Source: a virus
Taxonomy: Duplodnaviria > Caudoviricetes
Length of the DNA: 63,287 bases
Virus record (IMG/VR): IMGVR_UViG_3300042868_006184
Location: 1-63,287 of that record
Direction: 5' to 3' (one strand)
Shown piece by piece: positions 38,662 through 48,259 of this stretch. Positions within the stretch are counted from its first letter, which is position 1; every line of letters starts with the position of its first letter. The position numbers and the translations under genes were made by a program. The notes beneath the pieces were generated by a model. The model was given only the letters and a program-made list of their open reading frames with translations, made no database searches and had not been told where the DNA came from.

Positions 38662-39273
38662 ATGTATAATTTACCAGCACTTCCTTATGAATATTCAGCA
38701 TTAGAGCCATATATTGATGCTAAAACTATGTTTATTCACTACAACAAACACTTTAAAACCTATTTAGATAACCTAAACGCTAAGTTAAGTGAAGAAAACA
38801 TACAACAACAAAGCATTGAAAATCTTATTAAAAACATATCTTTTTATTCAGAAGATGTAAGAAATAATGGTGGTGGTTATTATAATCATCTTTTATTTTG
38901 GAAAATGCTAATGCCTTTTGATGAAATGGATATAAACAAGCCTCCAACATTAGTAGAGAATATAATTAAAAGAGATTTTGGTAGCCTAGCTAATTTTAAA
39001 AAACAGATTGTGGCACAAGCAAAAAAAAGGTTTGGGTCGGGTTGGATATGGTGGATTATTTTACCTTCTGGAAAAACCGAAATAGTCAATACGGCAAATC
39101 AAGATAACCCTCAAATGTTTTATTCGTGTACAATCCTTCTTGGTATTGATGTATGGGAACACGCTTATTATTTAAAATATCAATCCGAAAGGGTAAAGTA
39201 TGTGGAAAACATTTTTAATGTAATTAATTGGAACTATCCTTATAAAATATTAAATAAATATTATAAAAAGTAG
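38662..39273 (+). CDS. sod: Fe/Mn superoxide dismutase
   Basis: LPALPY..ALEP, HYNKH, NHLLFW, FGSGW, DVWEHAYY. Confidence 0.96.
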   Translation: MYNLPALPYEYSALEPYIDAKTMFIHYNKHFKTYLDNLNAKLSEENIQQQSIENLIKNISFYSEDVRNNGGGYYNHLLFWKMLMPFDEMDINKPPTLVENIIKRDFGSLANFKKQIVAQAKKRFGSGWIWWIILPSGKTEIVNTANQDNPQMFYSCTILLGIDVWEHAYYLKYQSERVKYVENIFNVINWNYPYKILNKYYKK

Positions 39274-39317
39274 GCTATTGAAATTTTTGATTCACTAACC
39301 AATAAAAACTAATAAAT

Positions 39318-39521
39318 ATGGAAGATAAAAAAATCATTAAAAGTAAATTTGGTTTAACAGATAACGAAATCAAAGCACTTTTAAAAGAACAAAAAATAAA
39401 GGATAAAGATTTTTATAAAGCGTTAGGCATAAATACTTGTATGATAATAAATGGAGAAACGATTACATACCATACCGACATTGATAGAGCATTAAGATTA
39501 ATAACAAATAAAAATAAATAA
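39318..39521 (+). CDS. Hypothetical protein
   Basis: 67-aa ORF. Confidence 0.6.
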   Translation: MEDKKIIKSKFGLTDNEIKALLKEQKIKDKDFYKALGINTCMIINGETITYHTDIDRALRLITNKNK

Positions 39522-39527
39522 ACAAAC

Positions 39528-40301
39528 ATGAAAAAACACTTAGTAGTCCTATTCGTCTATAATAACATAGAACACGTTAAAACTTGCTTTGAATCGCTTT
39601 ATTTAGATGAAGTAGACTATTTCATAGTTGAGAACAAAAGTCCTAATAGCAAAGAGATAGAAGAGTATTTTAAAGACAAAAGACTTGTTGGTCATATTTG
39701 TTTTGAAGAAAATATATCAGCTACGGCAGTAAACATTTTTATCAAAGATTATTTTGAAACAATGCGTGAATATGAATACGTTTCTATTAGCGATGGAGAT
39801 ATTTATGTTAGTGATGCTAGAGCAACTTACAAAGAGATAATTGATAATTTAGATAGAGAGCCAAGTGCATTTGTTTCTTCGGTAGATTTATGGTTAGGCA
39901 ATCATTATGAAAACGAAAGCAAAGTGAGTGGAACAAATCATTTAGACTGGTATATGCAACACACTACAAACGTAGATGGGTATAAGTTAGGTGCTACTGC
40001 CTGTCATCTATTAACAGTAAAAAATCAAAGATTAGATATTTTACAAGATATTCATTTCATTGATACAATACTTTACAATAAGGTTATGAATATGGGTGGT
40101 CGTTGGATTTCAACATTAAGAAATTTAGCCTATCATTTAACGTGGGATTTGTATGTAGAAGGTAATGAGTATTACGAATTTAAGAAAGCAACTTACCCTC
40201 AAATATGGGATGAGAAAGAGCCTTGCGATTATGATGTATTAGTGCCTAGAGGTATTATGAAAGCAAGTGAAGGAGTGTTTAATAAGTTCTTTAAAGTTTA
40301 A
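39528..40301 (+). CDS. GT2-like glycosyltransferase
   Basis: VYNN..HVKTCFESL, IVENKS, ISDGD, YHLTW. Confidence 0.75.
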   Translation: MKKHLVVLFVYNNIEHVKTCFESLYLDEVDYFIVENKSPNSKEIEEYFKDKRLVGHICFEENISATAVNIFIKDYFETMREYEYVSISDGDIYVSDARATYKEIIDNLDREPSAFVSSVDLWLGNHYENESKVSGTNHLDWYMQHTTNVDGYKLGATACHLLTVKNQRLDILQDIHFIDTILYNKVMNMGGRWISTLRNLAYHLTWDLYVEGNEYYEFKKATYPQIWDEKEPCDYDVLVPRGIMKASEGVFNKFFKV

Positions 40302-40346
40302 ATATAAAAATCTCGCCAAGCAATAAATAGTTATAAGAGAATTTTT

Positions 40347-40380
40347 AAGCCATCTAGCGTAAGTTAGGTGGCTTTTTTTA
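40347..40380 (+). terminator. Intrinsic terminator
   Basis: AAGCCATCTA-loop-TAGGTGGCTT followed by a T tract. Confidence 0.85.
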
Positions 40381-40479
40381 GTTACACAATAACCTTTATA
40401 TATAAACGATTACAACAAATAGTTACACATAGTGTAACACTTAAATGAACCAATCATTTTTGTTTCTTATATAATTTTG
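40381..40479 (+). promoter_or_regulatory. Structural-module promoter with palindromic operator
   Basis: GTTACAC-ATA-GTGTAAC at 40422-40438, extra GTTACAC at 40381, TAATTTTG at 40472. Confidence 0.55.
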
Positions 40480-40515
40480 TTTCGTAAAAAGATTATTCAC
40501 CTAAAAACATAAGCT

Positions 40516-40653
40516 ATGAAATTATTCTCAAAAGAAAATGGAATCGCATTTGTTGTTACACTTACTGCCGTAATGGTAGGTTTAGCTGTACACCAAGTAT
40601 ATGTTGCACCAATGCTCGTTAAAAAAGCATCTGCAACTCCAGTAGGAAAATAA
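40516..40653 (+). CDS. Small membrane protein (45 aa, not in ORF track)
   Basis: MKLFSKENGIAFVVTLTAVMVGLAVHQVYVAPMLVKK... Confidence 0.7.
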   Translation: MKLFSKENGIAFVVTLTAVMVGLAVHQVYVAPMLVKKASATPVGK

Positions 40654-40812
40654 TCAAGGAAAACATGTTACTTCCTATTGATGAAATGGCACTTACTTAT
40701 ATAGTAATGTACGCTTAGTAATTGATAAAGTCGTTCTAGGAATGGCAGTAACGTAAAAGCAAAACAAAACAGGAACTAAACAATTTTTAAAACAAAACAA
40801 AATTTCAATAAA

Positions 40813-41553
40813 ATGAATAACAAAGAAAAAGAATTGCATGATGCAATTGCTCGTACAGAGAGATTCTCTGGCTACGATGGTTACGATAGTTATGAGAGTG
40901 CAGAAGGCGATATGGGAATGTTCGATTCGGACGATTTCAATAACTTCGATGCTGACTACTCTAACGCAGGTGGAAACAAAGCACAAGAAACATCTGACCC
41001 TTATATCTTACAGTATGTTAACTCAACTACTGCTGACGTAACGGCTATTTTATTTGGTGCGAATGATTACGCACAATCTACTAACTTTGGTAATCCTACT
41101 GCCGTAACAATTACTTCTCTTCAAGGAGGTACTTATGGTCGTATGTTGAACCAGTCTAGCACTAAGGCATTTAAAATTGGTGAGTTCAGATTTATTTCTT
41201 CTACTGCATCTCAATTGAGCCAAACTTTAACCCAAAACATCGTTGATGCGAATGGTTTAGTTGCTCAAAAACCATTGAACATGGCTGTGTTAAAAGACAT
41301 CTACCAATATTCAACAGATACTATTGTAGTGAAAAAAGTTGTTACTATTGATGGTAATACTTTCTTTACTTTCCCATTGAAAGCATCTGCTACTTTGGTA
41401 ATTGCAATGTATCCTACTCAAATCGTTTCTGCTCGTAGACGTCTTAATGGCGGTCCGTCTATTGGAAGCGTAAGAGTACCTAGAATTGATGGACAAAACA
41501 CTTCTCCAGTGATTATCCAAACAAATCAAGGTGTTAGAGGTATTAACGGATAG
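40813..41553 (+). CDS. Candidate major capsid protein (single jelly-roll-like) with acidic N-terminal extension
   Basis: ~145-aa beta-rich core; first large gene of the structural module; own strong terminator; paralog of 48260-49222. Confidence 0.5.
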   Translation: MNNKEKELHDAIARTERFSGYDGYDSYESAEGDMGMFDSDDFNNFDADYSNAGGNKAQETSDPYILQYVNSTTADVTAILFGANDYAQSTNFGNPTAVTITSLQGGTYGRMLNQSSTKAFKIGEFRFISSTASQLSQTLTQNIVDANGLVAQKPLNMAVLKDIYQYSTDTIVVKKVVTIDGNTFFTFPLKASATLVIAMYPTQIVSARRRLNGGPSIGSVRVPRIDGQNTSPVIIQTNQGVRGING

Positions 41554-41587
41554 TATTCTTTAAGAATCTGTCACAATCACAACTATT

Positions 41588-41621
41588 AGGGGCAAAGGTT
41601 CACGCCTTTGCCCTTTTTTTT
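41588..41621 (+). terminator. Strong intrinsic terminator
   Basis: AGGGGCAAAGG-TTCACG-CCTTTGCCCTT followed by a T tract. Confidence 0.92.
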
Positions 41622-41636
41622 AAACAATAATTTTAA

Positions 41637-42125
41637 ATGGGTAGCAATAAAAAAAGAGGTCAAGTTTTAATGAGAACAATAGCTTTAGGTTCAACTAATG
41701 AAGCAAGGAAATTGTTACTTGAAAAAAACGTAGAACCTGCTACAAATTTACCAGACCTAGAGTATAAGTTGGCTTTGTTATACCAATCCACTCCTAATAA
41801 AACGGAGATTGAAAAGGAACTAGCAAATATTCACCCTCACAAAGATTTTATCTTAAAATATTTGTCACCAAAAGAAGTAGATAAGCAAGTGCCAATGAAC
41901 AATGAAGCAGAAAATAAGATAGTGGCAATGGCAACAGATAGCAAAACATCTAGTTGCGAAGGCAATCCTAATTGTACTTGCAACAAATCAAATATCAATG
42001 GTGATTATTTAAACGTAGGAGGTGAAACACAAAATAGTCAAACCAGCCGTAATCAAGTATATATGCTAGGCTTTGTAAGTATAGTCGCAATATTTGGAAT
42101 GGCTTTAATATACAAACAAAAATAA
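41637..42125 (+). CDS. C-terminally anchored virion membrane protein
   Basis: C-terminal TM plus YKQK; SNING/YLNVGG motif. Confidence 0.65.
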   Translation: MGSNKKRGQVLMRTIALGSTNEARKLLLEKNVEPATNLPDLEYKLALLYQSTPNKTEIEKELANIHPHKDFILKYLSPKEVDKQVPMNNEAENKIVAMATDSKTSSCEGNPNCTCNKSNINGDYLNVGGETQNSQTSRNQVYMLGFVSIVAIFGMALIYKQK

Positions 42126-42129
42126 AGTT

Positions 42130-42606
42130 ATGATAGAAACCGAATTGATTGAAGATGCCGTAGTATTGATTCCTAACAAGGAACATCAAAATTTTACTGA
42201 AACAGATGAGGTTATTAGTGCAGGAACAAAAATAAGTGGTGATGCCAAAATAGTTAAGGGATTAAGAAGAGGTAAGCCTTATGATTATAGGTTATTTGTA
42301 ACGGACGATAATAAAATAATTTTTTTAAATAAAACCAAAATCAAAACAAATATGGAAACTAGAGAAGTAACATTAGGAGTAGGAGGAGAAAAATCAATTG
42401 TGGTAAATAACACACTACCAAAAACTTTAGGTAGACCTATCGTATTAGGTGCTATTGGTGGTGCATTGGCAGGATATGCTTATTGTAAATACAAAAACCA
42501 TGACATGAAAACAACGGGTATTTATACTCTTGTTGGTGGTGCTATTGGTTATGTAGCTGGTTATCTTTACGAAAACAAAGGACTTTCAATTAAAATCAAT
42601 AAATAA
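42130..42606 (+). CDS. Membrane protein with two Gly-rich C-terminal TMs
   Basis: LGAIGGALAGY, LVGGAIGYVAGY. Confidence 0.65.
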   Translation: MIETELIEDAVVLIPNKEHQNFTETDEVISAGTKISGDAKIVKGLRRGKPYDYRLFVTDDNKIIFLNKTKIKTNMETREVTLGVGGEKSIVVNNTLPKTLGRPIVLGAIGGALAGYAYCKYKNHDMKTTGIYTLVGGAIGYVAGYLYENKGLSIKINK

Positions 42607-42614
42607 CAAACAAC

Positions 42615-43940
42615 ATGAGTAATGTAAGAGTAATTAAACTTGACAATATAAATGGTCAAGAAAACATTCAAGTTTCTTCTTATGAAGATGCTTTTGAAGG
42701 CTATTCAAATGCTAGAGGAGGTCGTAAAAAAGCAAGACAAGATAAAAGATTGCAAAAATTTGCAGATAGAACTGAATTTAAGAAATCTAAGTCAGAAGTA
42801 AGAAGACAAAGGAGAGAAGACCCAGCATTGATGGCAGATAGAGAACGTAGACGTAAGAACGCAGAAAGAGGATTGTTAGGTGTTTTTACTGGAGGTTTGA
42901 GCGAAATTGGTTATAAGGCAAGTAAATCTCGTAAAGCTAGAAAACAAAGAGAGAGAGAAGAAGAAGAAGCAATGCCACAAGAGGTTAGAGAAGAAGCAAC
43001 TATGGGTGAAACAAGTCCAAAGCCACAACCTCCACAATATAATGAGGATTATTCTCAACAAGAGGATAGTGGCTATGTGGATAATAGTCAACAAGAGCAA
43101 GGTTATGATGAACCAAGACCACAAGGTTATGACGATAGAGATGTTCCTAGAGATAATAGTGCTGACAATTATCGTGATGAGCAATTAGAAGATGCAGGAT
43201 ATGATGCAGAACAAAATAATGCAGAGGATATAAGCAATGATGAAAGTGGCTTTAATGAAGAGTATGGTAGCTTGACTGGTATTGATGAAACAAATGTAAC
43301 TTTAGAAGTACAAAAAGTACCTAAGCCTGTTTTAGAAGCAGTAAAGGGTATTCAAGACCACAAAAATCGTATTGCTATTTTAATGTTACAAAAGGAAAAA
43401 GGCAAAACGGAATTACCACAAGTATTTTGCAAGTTTGATGGCGAAGGTGACGATATAGATGCTATGATTAACACATCTAATGAAAGGATTATTGATTTAG
43501 AAGGTAAAGTTGAAAGCTATCAAAATGCTAATGGTGTACAAGCAAAAAGAAATGTAGCCGTTGCAAGACAATATTGCCAAAGAAGAAAAACAAAACCAAC
43601 TTTAGTTAATCCGAAATTAGGTGCAATAATTGAAAGTCAAAGAATTGTTGTTCCTGCAAGAAGAGATGGTGACAATAGACGTTTTAGTAGTGAACAAGCA
43701 CGAGCAAATTTTTTAGCCAAACAAAATCAAAAATCAAGTTTTGATGCAATAGATAGTGATGGTAGAGTTCATCCTAATTATGAAATTGATATTGATGGAA
43801 CGCAAGGCAGAAAATTTGATATTTATTCTAATGCTGATGGAACAAGTGGCAACATGGATATTATTAAGCCTATCGTAATTGGTGCTATTGTTTCTATTGG
43901 TGCTATCTATTTAGTAAACTATTTCAAACTAATCAAGTAA
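42615..43940 (+). CDS. C-terminally anchored protein with basic, acidic and coiled-coil segments
   Basis: YSNARGG, YQNANG, YSNADG; Arg/Lys-rich block; C-terminal TM. Confidence 0.65.
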   Translation: MSNVRVIKLDNINGQENIQVSSYEDAFEGYSNARGGRKKARQDKRLQKFADRTEFKKSKSEVRRQRREDPALMADRERRRKNAERGLLGVFTGGLSEIGYKASKSRKARKQREREEEEAMPQEVREEATMGETSPKPQPPQYNEDYSQQEDSGYVDNSQQEQGYDEPRPQGYDDRDVPRDNSADNYRDEQLEDAGYDAEQNNAEDISNDESGFNEEYGSLTGIDETNVTLEVQKVPKPVLEAVKGIQDHKNRIAILMLQKEKGKTELPQVFCKFDGEGDDIDAMINTSNERIIDLEGKVESYQNANGVQAKRNVAVARQYCQRRKTKPTLVNPKLGAIIESQRIVVPARRDGDNRRFSSEQARANFLAKQNQKSSFDAIDSDGRVHPNYEIDIDGTQGRKFDIYSNADGTSGNMDIIKPIVIGAIVSIGAIYLVNYFKLIK

Positions 43941-43943
43941 GCG

Positions 43944-44570
43944 ATGTTTTATTCTAATCTAACAAGTGCAATAAAAAATAGGGATATATCTACGGCTAAC
44001 AAAGTTATTATGTCGGAGGTTGGTGATTCTATTGTAAATGATAGAGAGAATTTTATTGAGGTTTTAAGGAGTTCTAATATTCATATAGAGGATGGTGCAA
44101 GTGATTCAGATATAGTTAATTCATTTATTGGCGAATTGCCTACTAATGATGACTTAATGGTAAATACTTCATACTATGTAAATCATAAGAATAGCGACCT
44201 TAATTTCGATGGTAGTAGGGATATTGATGGTTTGGGAGTAAAAGCGTGTCACAAGGCTATGAAAATGAATTTTAGTGGATATTCTAATGCAGGTGGATGG
44301 GGTGATTTTGCTAACACACTTGCTCAAACAGGTTCTGGTATCTACCAAGATATTAAGAATAAGAAAAATTATGTTAGCGACACAATTACAAAACAAAAAG
44401 AAGCAAAGAAAGAAATTGTAAACAAGGTATTAGCACAAAGACAAGCACAAGTTGACGCAAAGAATAAGCAAATACTTGACAAACAAAAGACACAAAGAAC
44501 AATGCTTATCGTTGGTAGTGTAGGTATTGTGTTATTATTAGGATTCGCAATTTACAAATTAAACAAATAA
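43944..44570 (+). CDS. C-terminally anchored virion protein
   Basis: YSNAGG, coiled coil, TM plus YKLNK. Confidence 0.65.
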   Translation: MFYSNLTSAIKNRDISTANKVIMSEVGDSIVNDRENFIEVLRSSNIHIEDGASDSDIVNSFIGELPTNDDLMVNTSYYVNHKNSDLNFDGSRDIDGLGVKACHKAMKMNFSGYSNAGGWGDFANTLAQTGSGIYQDIKNKKNYVSDTITKQKEAKKEIVNKVLAQRQAQVDAKNKQILDKQKTQRTMLIVGSVGIVLLLGFAIYKLNK

Positions 44571-44574
44571 GCAA

Positions 44575-45273
44575 ATGAATATCATAACAAATAGACCAAT
44601 TGATACAGTAAATATTGACGATAGTGATGATTTCTATTCTTTAGAAGGCGATTATTCTAATGCTAAGGGTGATAGAAAAATGAAAGCACCTAGAGTAAAA
44701 AAAAGTAAAGAAGAAAAACAAACTATTAAAGATACGAGAAAGTCAACACGTGAAACAAACAAAGCAAAACGACAAAAAGATAAAGTTAATAGTAGATTAA
44801 CAAAAGCTAATGCTAAACTAAAGGCAGGTGCAACACCATTAACAGCAGAAACTCTTCCAAGTAGATTGACTGTATTTAAAGAAAATATAAAGGCTTTATT
44901 TAAACGTAAAAACCCAACAACAGGCAAAGATGAATTTGTGAAGAAAAATGAGAATGGGGTTGAAAGCGTAGTAGACCCTAAAGATATTGAAATGAAAAAC
45001 AATGTTCCGTTTTTAAAAGAAGAAATTAAGGAGGCGATTAATGATGGTGCTACTTTCGTAAGTAATGCAAGTGGATTGGTAGCTGAATATACGGCAGACG
45101 ATGTAATAGCAGTTGAAGATGAGGCAACAGATGACACAGAATATTACAAAAAAAGTGACGTTGAGGGCAATTGGTGGACAAAGCAAAGCACTACAATAAA
45201 GATAGCGATAGTTGGTGGTTCACTTGCACTTGTTGGATTTATAGGATATATGATTTACAAATCAAAAAAATAA
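44575..45273 (+). CDS. C-terminally anchored basic virion protein
   Basis: DDFYSLEGDYSNAKG, Lys/Arg block, TM plus KSKK. Confidence 0.65.
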   Translation: MNIITNRPIDTVNIDDSDDFYSLEGDYSNAKGDRKMKAPRVKKSKEEKQTIKDTRKSTRETNKAKRQKDKVNSRLTKANAKLKAGATPLTAETLPSRLTVFKENIKALFKRKNPTTGKDEFVKKNENGVESVVDPKDIEMKNNVPFLKEEIKEAINDGATFVSNASGLVAEYTADDVIAVEDEATDDTEYYKKSDVEGNWWTKQSTTIKIAIVGGSLALVGFIGYMIYKSKK

Positions 45274-45279
45274 CATAAA

Positions 45280-45621
45280 ATGAAAGTAATAACAAACAGA
45301 GAAATAGAATATTCAAACGCTTGTGGATGTAGTGCCATTGATGGTGATTATTCAAATGGAGAAGGAAAAGGAAAAGAAAAGGTGAAAAATATTGTTAGTG
45401 GCATCAAAGATTCTGGTGCATTAGATTTATTGGGTGGTTTATTTAAAGGCAAAGGCAAGGGTAAGGGTAAGGGTAAAGATGGTGGCAAAATTATTGAAAC
45501 TAACTATACTCCTGCTCCTGCTCAACCAATGGGAATGACAACAACTACAAAGATATTAATAGGTGTAGGAGTTGTAAGTGTTTTAGGTATAGGATATTAT
45601 TTATTTACTAAAAAGAAGTAA
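45280..45621 (+). CDS. C-terminally anchored virion protein
   Basis: YSNACG..DYSNGEG, GK repeat, TM plus KKK. Confidence 0.65.
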   Translation: MKVITNREIEYSNACGCSAIDGDYSNGEGKGKEKVKNIVSGIKDSGALDLLGGLFKGKGKGKGKGKDGGKIIETNYTPAPAQPMGMTTTTKILIGVGVVSVLGIGYYLFTKKK

Positions 45622-45622
45622 G

Positions 45623-46144
45623 ATGGCAGTCGAAAAAGGTCAAAAATATTATAGGGTAAAAGAGAAATTTAGTTGCCCAAAGGTTGTTGCGACACAAAAT
45701 CCAAATAACCCTATGCAGATAAGTAGCTATATGTTTAAACAAGGTCAAGTTATTACAGGTAAAATGATATTTGTAGATGGCAAACCTAGTTTCTTATTTG
45801 TTAATGGAATGTATCATGTACCTTTGAGTAAGATTCAAGAGATTCAATTAAAAAACATTGATGGTGTAAGTGGCAAAGTAAGTAACGCTACTGGTGACCC
45901 TATAAATGGCAATGCACCAGCAGGAACTGTTAAGAAAATTGAAATTAAAGATAATCCTAATGCAAAGTATTTAGATGCTATTGTTATTGGTGCGGTTATT
46001 GGTTTTGGAGTAACTTATTTTGCTGAAAAGAAGGGATGGTTGCCAGAAGACCAACCGAATAACAGATATTATGGCATGGGTATAGGTGCTATTGCTCTTA
46101 CATATTTGGCTTATAGATTAAAAACTAAAAACGTAGTAAAATAA
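45623..46144 (+). CDS. Two-TM membrane protein
   Basis: VSNATG; two C-terminal hydrophobic helices. Confidence 0.6.
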   Translation: MAVEKGQKYYRVKEKFSCPKVVATQNPNNPMQISSYMFKQGQVITGKMIFVDGKPSFLFVNGMYHVPLSKIQEIQLKNIDGVSGKVSNATGDPINGNAPAGTVKKIEIKDNPNAKYLDAIVIGAVIGFGVTYFAEKKGWLPEDQPNNRYYGMGIGAIALTYLAYRLKTKNVVK

Positions 46145-46145
46145 C

Positions 46146-46616
46146 ATGGTAACAGTAACAACAAAACAACATATTATTGAAGATAACAATTATTCTAATT
46201 GTTGTGGATATAGTTCTTTAGATGGTGATTATTCAAACTTAGATGCTAATAGCACAATAGATGAGGTTAAAAGATTTCAATCTTGGCTTTATGCTAATAA
46301 AGAAATTAAGTTACTTGGTGGCAAATTTGATTCAGATACAAGTAGCAATTATCAAAAATATGGTAATGAGTACGAAACTACTTATAACAAGGATTTTGTA
46401 AAAACTAATGCCGAATTTGATAGTGGTGTAAATAATCCAGTAACAGGAGTTAAGGGTGGTGGTACTTTTAAGGAAACAGTAATTGTTACAAAAAAGAATC
46501 CAATTGGAGATGCTACCAAAAAGAAAAAAGGAATGTCGGACACAGCAAAGATATTAATAGGACTAGGTATTGCTTTGGTTCTTGGAACAACTATTTATTT
46601 TATAGCTAAAAAATAA
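46146..46616 (+). CDS. C-terminally anchored protein with degenerate peptidoglycan-binding-like segment
   Basis: YSNCCG, YSNLDA, VKRFQSWL...GKFDSDT, TM plus KK. Confidence 0.55.
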   Translation: MVTVTTKQHIIEDNNYSNCCGYSSLDGDYSNLDANSTIDEVKRFQSWLYANKEIKLLGGKFDSDTSSNYQKYGNEYETTYNKDFVKTNAEFDSGVNNPVTGVKGGGTFKETVIVTKKNPIGDATKKKKGMSDTAKILIGLGIALVLGTTIYFIAKK

Positions 46617-46620
46617 TAAC

Positions 46621-47025
46621 ATGATTGATGTAATAAATTCAATACCCGTTCAGTCTAGTCAGTCTGCTGATTGGATTCAATGGCACAAAGCATTAAAAAG
46701 TCGCTTTGGTAAATTAGAGGCAAACCAATTGTTTTTAAAGGCATGGGGATTTAGAGGAACATCAAAATCTAATACTGGTGAATTACGTTCATACATGAAA
46801 GATAATGGAGTTACTTTAGATACTAATGTGTTTGGCAAAGCAAAGGATATTCAAAATAGCGTTTTTGATACGATTGGTGGGGTATTAAAGGTTAGTACGG
46901 CAGTTACAACAGGTATCATGGTATTAGGTATTGTTGGTATAGGCTATATTATTTACAAAGTTGTTTCTCCTTCTGATAATCTTACAAGGGTTGTTGTTGC
47001 TGGAACATCATTAAAAAAAATGTAA
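46621..47025 (+). CDS. Membrane protein
   Basis: TM GIMVLGIVGIGYIIY. Confidence 0.6.
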   Translation: MIDVINSIPVQSSQSADWIQWHKALKSRFGKLEANQLFLKAWGFRGTSKSNTGELRSYMKDNGVTLDTNVFGKAKDIQNSVFDTIGGVLKVSTAVTTGIMVLGIVGIGYIIYKVVSPSDNLTRVVVAGTSLKKM

Positions 47026-47029
47026 GAAA

Positions 47030-47461
47030 ATGAAACTAACAACAAACGAAAAAATAATTTATGGTGTAGGTCTTGGCTTAGTTGCTTTGACTGTCTATAT
47101 AGTTATCAATAGAAAAAGAAAGGCAAAAGAAATTAAAGCAATCAATGACATCTTAGATAGCAAGGTGGCTGACCCTAATAAGGATGGTGGTCAAGTAATT
47201 ATACAAAAAAGCGTTTATGATAAATTGCCAGATGGTAAGTTTCCTTTAAAATTCAAAGATATATCAAAAAAAGTATATGATTTACAAAAAGCATTAAATG
47301 TAAAATATAATTTATCAATAGACCAAGATGGTAAATTTGGACAATCTACTGCTTCTGCTTTATGTAAACATTATTTTGGCAGTTGCTTTACCGATGTTCA
47401 AAGTAGATTGTACGAGATAACCAATAACCAATTAACTGAAATTAAAGCTAGAAATAACTAA
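47030..47461 (+). CDS. N-anchored protein with peptidoglycan-binding (PG_binding_1-like) domain
   Basis: VYDLQKALN...IDQDGKFGQSTASAL. Confidence 0.75.
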   Translation: MKLTTNEKIIYGVGLGLVALTVYIVINRKRKAKEIKAINDILDSKVADPNKDGGQVIIQKSVYDKLPDGKFPLKFKDISKKVYDLQKALNVKYNLSIDQDGKFGQSTASALCKHYFGSCFTDVQSRLYEITNNQLTEIKARNN

Positions 47462-48243
47462 TGGTACAACATCTTTGGCAATCAAATAACGAAACGGCTA
47501 CTATCTTTATTACCATTAAAACTAATGGCAAAAAGAAGTTATGCGTGTTTGCAGAAGATTTACAGAAGAAGAATAGCTATTATGCTAATAGAGAGGTTAT
47601 TGTTGATGGAACAAGAACTATATTCATGTCGTTTCCAATAACTCCTAAGAACGTAACTATTGGTGCTATAAACATGGCTGATTTTAATGACAAAGATATT
47701 CAAATGAGTTTTGATATTCAACCATTAAAACAATACGCTACATGGATGGATGAGCAAACTAGAGAATTTGTTGAGTTGGCTTTACCTTTTTGTCAAATAA
47801 GTGGATTTATCAATCCAAGTCCTAATGGCACTCTTTATACTTCTAAGCAAGGCAATATCAATATTAAGTATTTTCCTGTAATAAAGGACAAAGGAAAGCC
47901 TATAAGCACACCAGCGAGAATAGGACACAATACAGGTACTATGGAGGTTGCAAAATATTGTTTTGATAAATATACAATTCCTATGAGATTTATGATTTTA
48001 TGTCACGAATTTTCGCATAAATATCGTAATCCAAAAATGAATTTAGATATTTCTAATGAGTTTGGTGCAGACTTAAATGGCTTGTATATCTACTTAGGTA
48101 TGGGTTTTAGTAAGATAGATGCTATTTGTGTGTTTGCTAATGTTTTTTTGAAAGCACAAACTGACCAAAATATTTATCGAATGAGGAAAATAAATGAGTA
48201 TATTTCACGCTTTGAAAGGCAAGAGTATGCTAAGTTGGTTTAA
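47461..48243 (+). CDS. Zincin metallopeptidase (candidate maturation protease)
   Basis: ILCHEFSH (HExxH) followed by EFGAD; located in the structural module. Confidence 0.7.
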   Translation: MVQHLWQSNNETATIFITIKTNGKKKLCVFAEDLQKKNSYYANREVIVDGTRTIFMSFPITPKNVTIGAINMADFNDKDIQMSFDIQPLKQYATWMDEQTREFVELALPFCQISGFINPSPNGTLYTSKQGNINIKYFPVIKDKGKPISTPARIGHNTGTMEVAKYCFDKYTIPMRFMILCHEFSHKYRNPKMNLDISNEFGADLNGLYIYLGMGFSKIDAICVFANVFLKAQTDQNIYRMRKINEYISRFERQEYAKLV

Positions 48244-48259
48244 CGATTAAAAACTTATA

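Noticed and set aside
40676-40700. Hammerhead ribozyme core
   Set aside because: Reads TTGATGA rather than CTGATGA, and no correctly placed GAAA and stems were found
45444-45477. GGYAAR hexamer run as a phase-variable repeat
   Set aside because: In-frame Gly-Lys low-complexity sequence with mixed codons; a length change would not shift the frame
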